From: Entomortierella parvispora E1425
Lineage: Eukaryota; Fungi; Mortierellomycota
Direction of reading: 5' to 3'
Length of the DNA: 64,000 bases
Assembly (NCBI GenBank): GCA_020891255.1
Contig: BQFW01000002.1
Location: 1,798,001 to 1,862,000 of the forward strand
Part shown: positions 12,519-22,772 of the stretch, in pieces
Numbering within the stretch: position 1 is the first letter of the stretch
Layout: every line of letters starts with the position of its first letter
Position numbers and translations under genes: made by a program
Notes under the pieces: generated by a model
Databases searched by the model: none
What the model was told of the DNA's origin: nothing
Seen by the model: the letters and a program-made list of their open reading frames with translations, nothing else

Positions 12519-14757
12519 TTGGAATACTACAATCAACATGGTGGACCCAAGTTACGAACAATGGACGATGCAGAAGACGAGTTCAGATCCCAAGAACATA
12601 ACGCTGACAAGGATTGGCTGAAGGATGAAGTGCGTCGAGTGCGAAACCTGGCCAAGCTAGAGGCGAAGGAACGGGCCTACCATGCCAGGAGTCAAGAAGA
12701 AGCTCGAAGACAACAAGAGGCAGCAGCTCGAAGACAACAAAAGGAAGCCCGAAGACAACAAGAGGAAGCTCGAAGGCAACAAGAGAAACAAGAGGCAGCT
12801 CGGCGGCAGAAAAGACGACAAGAACGACAAGCGGCGATCAAGAACAAGGCCCTCCGGCGGCGGGTGGCACAAGAGCGACGGCTCAAAGACGCCCACCGGA
12901 GGCGGTCCGAAAGACTCAGGTCGGTCACAAGAACGTTCAAGGCACGAAAAGCAAGGACCCGTAAACTTCAGAGAAAGTACCTTCAGCCTGAAGGTGGCAT
13001 CAATGAAGAAAGGCTAGAACAAGACGCGCGGACAGAATTGAGCAAGTCGACAACACCGAGGGAGCGGGACCTACCCAGGAAAGACAAGTTCAGGGACATT
13101 TATGGACTCTTAATCACGACAGTGGTAGAAGACGCAATCCTGGAGGCACGAAATAGTCTGGAGGGCCTGGGACCCCTGGAGTTCTACTCGGATGGATCGT
13201 TGAAGGACCATGGACTCACAACAATCAGCATGGCATTTGGTGTTGTCATTAAGAGGCCAGGAACCGTACGGTACAGGACAGTCATCTCTGGTAAAGTGTT
13301 GGGCTTTGCATCCTCAACAAAAGCTGAGCTAGTAGGACTGCTGGCAACAATCTTGGCATGCCCCCAGAGACACACAAGCGACAGTATTTATTGACAACCA
13401 GACAGTGGTTGACAAATTCAAGACGCTTGTGGTAAACAGAAGAACAGCAACGGCGAGAGAACGGCTGCGGTCCTCGTACTCCGTATGGTGGGCAGCAGTG
13501 GCTAAAGCATTCGAACGGCAAGGTCAAAAGATCAGCGTCAAGTGGGTCAAAGGACATGCTGGGAACATAGGCAACAACATGGCAGATATTGCCGCAAAGG
13601 CGGCACATACCAAGGACGCTTGGGACATGGACCCCGCGGTGCACACAGACATGAAGTGCCATGCAACTTTCAAGGGACGGCTGGTAGAAGACGACCTGCG
13701 ACAAGTGCTGAAGAAACAGTCAGTGGCAAGGACACACCTCAGATGGGCAAACCAGCGCAGAACAAAGGCAATGATTCCAGAATGGGGACTTGTTGAGTGG
13801 CAAACAACAATTGCTATCGTTCACAACGGCTCCAAGCCGAGAAGCTTGTTTACAAGCAACTCGGACTGCACGAAACGGGCACACAGGGTAAAGAAACTGC
13901 ATGGCATGTTGCCTACGCAAAAGTACATGCACAACTGGAGACCGGACCTATATGAGGATGACTACTGCCGAGTCTGTGAATCCAATGTGGAGGACACAAA
14001 TCACATATGGAGGTGCCCAGAAACGCTGACGAGTCAATGCGAAGGTTGGGAAGAGACAATGGAGTTGGTGACCAGCCTTGGAAAAAAACTGTGGGAGCGA
14101 GCAAAGGAAAGCTGGGAGAGCGAGAAGAAGAAAGCAGAGGAAGAAGGCAAGGAATTCAAGAAGAAGGAACCGACGTTTTCGAACGAGACTATGGACAGCT
14201 TTTGGACGATGCTGATGGATTATTTCCGAGGAGCAAGAAACATCAAGGAACAAAACCTACTGGATGACGATATGGAAAGAGAGGAAGTGGTCGATCTCGG
14301 ATCACTCGGATGGCGACCATGGACGGTCATCGACGCCTACCACGGATTGGCGCCACTTTTCCTGAAAGACAAGTTCCAGACACTGTTCTACACGACCCAA
14401 GAGATCGCGAGCATCATGGCGGACAGGTTTATCAAAGGCATCGAGGACTACGGCCGAACAGGGATTTGGAATCCACGTTGCAAAAAGACTGTGGACTGGG
14501 AGAAGTCTATCGGAGTTACTGGTGTGAGCAAACGTACCAGGCCTGAGGAACCGGGTACCCGTGCTGGCGGACACGGAGGTAGCAACAGTAACTTTGGTAA
14601 CTTTAACCGGGACAGGTTTGATGTGACAAGGATGAAGAGACTCCACAAGGCTGCGGACAAAGATGTCTTAGATGAATACCAAGGAAAGGGCGTGTTGAAC
14701 GTCATGGAAAGAACAGGGGGAGTGAAGTACTTCTTGGAAAAGGATCTCGGAAACTAG
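12519..14757 (+). pseudogene. Retroelement ORF2 C-terminal part: charged helix + RNase HI + CCHC zinc knuckle, split by one +1 frameshift
   Basis: FYSDGS (13182-), KAELVG, [frameshift in C5 run 13361-13365], VFIDNQ and WVKGHAGNIGNNMAD give the D-E-D-H-D set. CRVC-x8-H-x3-C lies at 13966-14016. Removing one C gives CPRDTQATVFIDNQ and a single ORF of about 750 codons. Confidence 0.9.
12699..12809 (+). repeat. Five degenerate 21-24 bp repeats encoding EARRQQE inside the retroelement ORF
   Basis: gaagctcgaagacaacaagag / gcagcagctcgaagacaacaaaag / gaagcccgaagacaacaagag / gaagctcgaaggcaacaagag / ...gcagctcggcggcag. Confidence 0.9.
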
Positions 14758-15001
14758 TGACGAACGAGCATGAAAGGCCACAGAGGGGACTGGACCTGGC
14801 CTTGCTGTAGCAAGCCAGAAGCTCCCGCCCTTTGGTCGCGGTGTTACGAAACCAGGGTGCATGGGCCGTCATAGACGGGTTGTGCAATGCAAAAGCATTT
14901 TATTTAGTCCGTTTCCCTTGGGTGGAGCAGGCGCACCTGCGTATGTGTACTTACAATTAACAGACAATAAACCCCGTACCTGCGAGGGACCCTTTGACAA
15001 G

Positions 15002-15037
<36 letters not shown>

Positions 15038-15545
15038 ATTTTAATGCTTGGCGGTTTGTTCTCGCCGTGAAAGGAACGAGCGAATGGGTGGATTCTATAG
15101 TTGGGAGTGGCTCGTCGATCACAGTTGATATTTTCAAAAAAAAAACAGACAAAGAGAACCAACAGCATAGAAGTGAAGAATGAAAAAAAAAAAAAAAAAA
15201 GAAAAAAATAACAGAGGGCGTCTTTGGATGTGATCGGACGTTTTCCGTCCAAGCACAGGCGTGGGGCGAATCACCAGCGAGATCGCGCGTCTTGGGTTGC
15301 ACGCAGGGTTTGTGCGTGTGGAGAGAGAAAAGAGACAACTCAGTCAAACGGGCAGACGGTCGGACGGAGCTCACACTTTCTTCTGTGCGGCGATCGTGTC
15401 CCTTTCTTGTTCCTTGCCCCACATCCCATCCACGCCTCGGGTCACTGTTCTGCCGACCCTTTGGCTCTTCATTCCTTCATAAAGCAAAGGTCTCCTTTTC
15501 CATTCCTTTTTCTTTGTCTTTGTCTCTCTTTCTTCATCACTTCCT

Positions 15546-15577
15546 CCTTGCACCTTGCACCTTGCACCTTGCACCTT
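15546..15577 (+). repeat. (CACCTTG)~4.5 repeat in the leader of the hydratase gene
   Basis: Read directly from the sequence. Confidence 0.9.
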
Positions 15578-15597
15578 CCTACTTTTCTACTCTTGCA

Positions 15598-16685
15598 ATG
15601 TCTACACCTGCTCCATTCCAAGTCGATGTCTCCAAGGCCGTCGGTTTTCAGCCCGCTCCTCAAAAAGTCATCTATAACTCGCGCGACCTCATGCTCTATG
15701 CCATCTCCATTGGTGTCAAGCAGGACGAGCTCAAGTTCTTGTACGAGAACGAGCCCGACTTTGCCGCCTTCCCCACCTACCCTCTGGTCTTGGGATTGAA
15801 GAAGGATCAGCACGGTGTCTCCGTCTATGGTGGCGGCGGCAAGGAGGAAGTCCCGGGTATCCCTTCCTTTGACCCCAACAGACTCGTCCATGGAGATCAA
15901 TCCTTGGAGATCCACCGTCCTCTTCCTTTGGGTGGAGAGTATGAGCTCCGCACCACTGTTTCAGGTGTGTACGACAAGGGCAAGGGCATGGTCATTGAAC
16001 GCACTACCGTCATGGTCGACCCCAAGGACCCCTCCAAGCCTTATTCCTCCATGAAGGGCTCTGCCTTTGTCCGCGGTTACGGGGGCTGGAACGGCCCCAA
16101 GGGTCCCAAGCAAGAGTCCTTCGAGGCTCCCAAGGATAAGGCTCCTGATGCTGTGTATGTGGACAAGACCAGTGATGATATTGCCATCCTTTACCGTCTC
16201 TCTGGGTAAGTTGATATGTTCTCGGAAATGCACTGATTTTCATGCTAGCATTCTAACCTTCAAAATGTTGAACGCGGAGCAATTGAACAAATGGATTCTA
16301 ACATTCTCCCACGCGTTTTTTTCTTTCCTTCTTCCTTCCAATAAGTGACTACAACCCTCTTCACATCGACCCCAAGATTGCGCCCGCCGTCGGATTCAAA
16401 AAGCCCATCTTGCACGGTCTTTGCACCTATGGTCATGCTGCTCATGCTGTCCTCAAGACCTTTGGTCACTCGGACGCCAATGCCATGAAGTCCATCACTG
16501 GTCGTTTCACCGCCCCCGTTTATCCCGGAGACACTCTCGAGACCAGGATGTGGAAGGTCCCAGCTGATCACAAGGACCAGACAAAGATCATCTTCCAGGT
16601 CGCTGCCAAGGAGCGTAACCAAGTTGTCATCAACGGTGGCTGTGTCGTCCTCTGGTCCAACAAAGCTCCTCAGAGCAAGCTGTAG
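15598..16685 (+). CDS. Peroxisomal enoyl-CoA hydratase 2 (MaoC/hot-dog fold, stand-alone MFE-2 hydratase domain) with PTS1
   Basis: YNSRDLMLYAISIG, LVHGDQSL, LYRLSG|DYNPLHIDP (catalytic D/H) and PILHGLCTYG; intron 16206-16345; ends -SKL*. Confidence 0.93.
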
Positions 16686-17375
16686 AAAACTGTATATATA
16701 TATATAAAAAAGAAATTGATTTTATTCATCAAAAAAATAGTACGCAGCACCATGTTGGAGAAGCTAGGAAGAGGATGGAGAAAAAAAAGTGGCTCAAACT
16801 ACATTCGATATAGAATGGAGCGAGAACGGAACATAAAAGAGGGGATTTTTTTTTTTTTTTTTTTTGACAGTCGCTAATCCATCATGGGAGAGGAGCAACA
16901 GAACTTTTTGCATAACAATGGTAACCATGGACAAGCCCAAGATCAAGGAAGGTCGTAATGGGTGGAGGTGGCGGATATGGTTTACATGAGAAGGGGGATA
17001 TGAATACAAGGCCACTTGGACATAATTGTCAAGGGTTAGAGTGCGCGGGTGAGAAACGAAAAAGAAATAGAAAAAAAACTAGCAAAAAAAAAAAGAGAGT
17101 TGTCAATCTTTGAAAGTATGCAGCATCGCAGGGGAGTTGTGGCGGGCGAAAATGAAAGGGTGGAATTTGTACACGAGGAGACAGTCGAGGGGCAAGTAAT
17201 AATGCCCAGACAAGAGAGAAACGTTTGTTTCCATCCCGCTCGAAGTGATGATTGTACGATGTTGCAGTGACCTCAGGTCAAGACAAGGAAAAAGAATCGC
17301 AGGATATAAAGCGGGTATGATACACAGACAAAAACAGAGAGGGCGCAGAAACATCCTTAGGACGGCATGAAGTGT

Positions 17376-18857
17376 TTAGAACGTCTTGTACACGTCTACG
17401 AGATAGAGAGAGTGGAAGATTGATGAGCGTCAGTCATGGATGACAGGAGAAGCCACATCCAGAAAGATGTTGGCAAAAAAAGTCTTACCATTCCGTTGGG
17501 TGTTCTTCTTGGGCCACACTTTGTATTTGTAGCGCATCAGTTCTTCGCCCATGAGGTATCCATAACGATCAAAGAATGCACGAGGGAGCTCCCAGTTGTG
17601 GGGATCCAGAGGGTGGCCATGGCAAATGGCGCCTCCAATCAACAGTTGACAGAGATCTTCAATATCATACTGGTTCTGGTGAATGATCATTTTGGCCTAT
17701 GGGTTGCGAATGAGAGAGGGAGAACGCTGTTAGTCTGTGATAAAACGATTCAATATATAAAAAGGTATACGTCCGGTCCTCTTACCCTGAGCTTTGGACA
17801 GGGGATCAAATCAATCCTGGAGTCATGAGGAAGAGCATAGATTTGAGGGTCGATGCTGGGATCTGTGGCTGGAGTTGCGGATGCAAGGGCGCGAATCTCT
17901 GTTTGAAGGCGGTAGGTGGGAATGACCTTTTGCTTCAGGTTACCGTCGTCAAACGTAAGATTGGGTGTTGACATGCTGAACTCGTTACTGTCGACATCGT
18001 CCGAGTCCAAGAAATTAGGAGTCTGTGCAGGGAAGGCAGAGTCCATAGAGCCAGCGCTGAACGAAAACATGTTTTGGTTGGGGGAGAACGACGGCTCTGC
18101 CATGGTGCGTTGATCTGGTAGCTGGCCAAAGAGAGAAGCGTCATTTCCGTTGCCCGTTGGTTGAGAAAAGAGCGATGCCTGCAAATCGTCCAAGGCAGAG
18201 GATGATGATTGCTTTTGAGTCCAAGGTGCAGAGGTTGACCCAAATGTAGGTTGGCTTGGAACCACAGGATCAAACTGGTTCAATGGCGAGTTTAGGCGAT
18301 TGTTGTCGGTGTTGGCAGTGGGGAACAAGGCAGGGGCCTTGTACAAAATCTCACTGTTCATCGAGAAGATATTGTCATCCTGAGGATCATCAAGTCCAAG
18401 CTGAGTCCAGGCATTGGGTGTGGAGTTGGACGACGATGACGATCCAGAAGCGGAAGAGCCGACATTGCTGGGGGTGTTGTTGTTCATGCTGAGGTTGAGA
18501 GGTAATTGAGCTGGTGAGAAAGCTGTCTTGGCATTGTTGGCGTTCAGGTGATTCTTGTTAGCAATATTATCTGCAACATTTGGCGTTTGTGAATGGGTAG
18601 CAATATGAGCAGAAAAGGCGGCGGCTAAGGCTTGGTTCAGCATCTGCACCTGTGTGGCATGTGGAATACTATCATCGACAGGGACGGGTCCAGGGATAGG
18701 ACGCGAGGGAAGCGAAGGAGTAGGGGTCGAAACAGACACAGACATGGGGCTGTCAGGTCCAATAGAGGACATTGAAGGAGATGGCTGGTGTCGGTGCTGT
18801 TGATGAGCCTGCTGCTGCTGCTGCTGTTGCTGAGGTTGTTGTTGTTGTTGTTGCGGC

Positions 18858-18916
<59 letters not shown>

Positions 18917-19686
18917 TTGCTGCTGAGCAGGGCCAGAAAGAGACAGTTTCCTGGCAGCGTGGTTTTCGTAATGCCGACGGTAGAGCTCTGCCTTGACGTC
19001 CTGCAAAATGGTAGAGTTGCCCGTCTTGCCCAGAGCAGATTCAAACGAGAAGACGACCTCGCGCAAGTAATAGTTCTCGCTCTGGAGAGACTCAATGATG
19101 GTCTTGAGCTGGTGCGACTCGTGCTGAAAGCGTTCAGTGGCCTCAAAGTGAGTTTCCTTGAGTTCCTTGAGCATGCCCTCGAGCTGCTGGAGATGACGCT
19201 CCTTGCGGTCGCGGAAAGCTCTCTGGGCGGCCCTGTTCTGCTCCTTGCGCACGGCAGGAGAGGCGGGATTGGGCTTGCGGCCGGGCTTTTTGCGAGTCTT
19301 TGCAGGGGGCTGCAGAGACTCGTCCCGGGCTGTGTCGTGGCTTACGATGGATTGGCGATCCTGGTCGTCCTCCTGGGCCTCGTCCTCGTCGTCCGAGTGG
19401 TTGTCTCGGGCTAAATGGGTAGGGAGAAGGGAGTTAGTACGACCGTGTTGTGTTGGCTGTGTGTCGCTGTGTTGGGGGCAAATAGACCAGGCCCGATGAC
19501 CTGTTTTGGGTGGTGGTGTTATCTGGACTGGGCTGGGTGTGAGTGGTCCTGTTGGCTGAGCTGATTGTCTGTACCTTTCTCGGAGGGAGACGCGCCTGGG
19601 TACGGCCGCTTGTCAGGGCGCACATGGTCTAGATGGGGTGCAGCATTGACAGGCAGGTTCGCTGGCTGGGATGCAGTCGAGGTCAT
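17376..19686 (-). CDS. AP-1/Yap-like bZIP transcription factor with polyQ and C-terminal DUF3425-type domain
   Basis: KKPGRKPNPASPAVRKEQNRAAQRAFRDRKERHLQQLE (bZIP); HDSRIDLIPCPKLR...LDPHNWELPRAFFDRYGYL. ATG 19686; 3 introns; stop at 17376. Confidence 0.85.
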
Positions 19687-22600
19687 TGCAGGGAATGAAT
19701 CTCGGGATGGACAAAAATGGGAGGTGAAAATGAAGGGTAAGGATCCAAGCGTGGGGGAGGGTGAGAAAAAGTGGGCAGGGTGTAAGGATTGGGAGAGATT
19801 TCAATATGCAGAGAGGAGGGGGAGGAAGGACGGATTCCAGAGAAGAAGAAGCTGCTCGGTGCTGAATCCAGGAGGATGGGGTGGGTGTGGAGAAGAACAA
19901 GAAGAGAGAGAAGGAAGGAAATGAATGAAAAAGGCGCATGGGGGAAGAGAGGAGGAGGAGAACGAAGGTCGGGCAGGGGACATGCACTTATGGAGAGGAA
20001 AAGGGCTTGTTTGCACCAAGGGAGAGGGAGAGGGAGAGGGAGACAGTGCCTGGGTAGTACATGTATCAGCAGGGTCAGCTCATCGTGAGCAAGTGTTGCT
20101 CGTGGACTGTGGACTGTGGACTGGATGGCCTTGGCCACTTTGCTTCTCGTCCTTCCTTCCTTCCTTCCTTCCTTCTTCTCCACTCCTTCGCTCCATCCTC
20201 CCACACGGAAGAGATCAGACCACTGCGAGGAAGGGAGCACCAGCAGACCGTCACTCTCGATAAAGTTATTCATGTGTTTGCTCCCTGGCCCTCCGTTCGT
20301 CCGTCCGTTCGTACTCCATATCCATACACACCCTCAGGGCTCGTTCGGGGTGCTAGTACGCTGTTTGCTGTTTGTTGTCCTGAATGGGTTCTCGAACAAC
20401 ACAACAACGGCGGCAGAGGAAGAGGAACGGGCGCAACAGAAAAACAACAGATTGGCGTGGAGAAAAGAGGCAAAAAAAACAAGTGACCAGTGAATATGGT
20501 TTAGGTCGCACGCCTGCAGAATAGGGGGCGAGCAAGGGGGGAACAAAGACAACGAAACGAGCCTTCTGCGAAATGAACCTTTACTTTTTTTTTTTTTTTT
20601 TTTGTTGCGCCTCTTGATTTATTCGTACTACCCTCATGGGGCCATTGTCAGTTCTTTGCTGGCGTGGAGCGTGCTTGTCGGACTGAGAGTGCAAGTAGCA
20701 AATCACCACCCGCAACGACATCATGGCACCACACACGTTGGTCTGCATCCTCATGTTGCACTTGAGTGCGTTGTGTTTTGTGTGAAGGTTTGTTACGAGT
20801 ACATGTACATACAAAATTCCACTTGCAAAAGTTTTCCTCCGCACCCCTGCACCAAACAATGACGGATGCCTTCGATATTCAAAGACTTGTTAGCATCCAA
20901 AAAGAGCCTGCGTTCCGTTCCTCGAGGGGAAGGGGGGTCAATAGTCCTTCATTTATGATGTCTATTTCGCATGACATATCCTTGAACCAAAAAAAAAAAA
21001 AAAAAAACAGATCTGGAGTGACAAAACGAGTCGCGTCCACGTCCGCGTTTTGGGCCTAATCTTCCAATGTCAGCATGAAAAGAAGGGTAACTCTTTGATG
21101 AACAAGCACGTTGGTAGTTGACTGTCACTTCTTCATTTATCAAACGACAACATCGTCGGTGAGTAATGTTCACTTTCATTAGACACCCCGCTTAGATCTG
21201 ATGGCGCGTGTGTGTACTTGCTGCAATTAGCTCTCCACAAAAAACAAAGAGTTCTTCGGCTCCTTCCAGTTCATTGCTACCAGACTTTGTCCAATTGACA
21301 TCTCCAACCTTTTTGTTTATTCTCCAAACTCACGCAACTGAACCCGAGGGCGAATTTGATTTTTTTAGGGTGGTCGATGCTCTCTCCTCTATTTTAATAT
21401 CATCGCCTTCTGGTTCAGCAAATGATCCAAGTCTCCGCCGGAGAAGAAGGCTCTCAAAAAGAAAAAAAAAAAAACAGAAAAAGAAAGAGAGACATGCTGG
21501 TCGCCCACATGCGACGACAACCACTTTGCCCAACCCCAACCCCCCCCACGTTTCCCCAAAGTAAAGCATTGTCATTTGCTTCTCAAGGTACGTACAGTAC
21601 ACAAGTGTGCAAAAAACATGTCCTGATCATCCTCCTCCCTCTCCCTTGCAGGGTAGCTCCTTTTTGTTTTCAACCAAAACAACCAAAACCAAAACAAAGC
21701 ATACATGACCACAACGCAGCAGTGCGCTTTTCATTTCTCTAAATTGCATTTTTCTTTTTTTGGTGTTCAGGGCAGTGGCAAGGAGCTTGCTCGATCCCGT
21801 TAAAAGCACATGGGAGTGGACAAAAAGAAAAAAGGCAGCGCAAACAAAGACACAAAAGACAAAGGGTTATCCTCTTGAACTATGAAGCTGCTTGCTTGAA
21901 TGAACAAAAAAAAAAAAAACGGACGGACACATGGCAAGGGCCTTGACGCGAGTAGAATACGGTTCCGTGCTCGGTCCAACGCACAGCAAGCCCAAACCGT
22001 CTCTCTGGGCAAAAAATGCCAGTCTAACCCGAATGTTGTATGGGCGAACTGCTCTTCCTCTGTCTCTTGCTCTCTTCTCGCTTTCCACTCTCCATCCCTA
22101 ACGACATTAGTATTCAACGGCCGCTTGTGTTCTCCAACTGTGCACCCGCGAGGGTGTCTCTCCGCCATTCCCTATCTCTCCTGTCTTGCGTGTGCTTGTT
22201 CACTATCGCGAACTTGTTCCTTGAGCTCTCTCGTGCTCGCCTCTGCGCTTGGGGCACTGGCACGGAGCACACATGAGGACTGCAAAAGAAAAAAAAAATA
22301 TTGTAGAGCTGGGAGCAAGACACTTGTGTCGAGACGAACAGTGCACCGATGGTACTTCAATGGTACAACGATACGCGCATTCACATCATCACAATCACGC
22401 CGACCTTCCGACCCTCCCTCGCATTCGCTTTCCTTCCTTTCCTTCACTCCCATCCATCCTTTGCGTGCGTAACCAAGTCTTTTCTCCTTTGATTGCCCTC
22501 CCTCGCCCCCTCTTCATTCTGTCCTTTCATCTTTTTTGCAGATCTTTACAATCCCTCGTGATATCGGGATATCGGATGCACCCTCTTTGCTCTTGTTCCT

Positions 22601-22772
22601 GAAAAATATCGACTCTCCCTCCCCTTGCTATCTCCTTTTATCTCGTCTTTCGTTCCTTCATTCATTAGCATTTCACTGATTCTCATTCCTTCATTTCAGT
22701 CTACCTGCATTCTTTGTATTCTCTTTCTTCATCAATTTCTACATTCTATTCCTTTTGCATTCGCGATTCATC

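Larger units (their letters stand above)
12493..15052 (+). mobile_element. Non-LTR retrotransposon (LINE) insertion lacking RT/EN: TSD - 2.5-kb body - polyA - TSD
   Basis: The direct repeat ATTATTTTAATGCTTGGC occurs at 12493-12510 and 15035-15052. AATAAA is at 14966-14971 and an A34 tail at 15002-15035. The body encodes RNase H plus a CCHC knuckle, and the reading frame is already open at the 5' junction. Confidence 0.95.

Noticed and set aside
14758-15001. Hammerhead or HDV-like ribozyme in the retroelement 3' UTR
   Set aside because: There is no CUGANGA core on either strand, and the HDV P2/P3/P1.1 pairings cannot be built.
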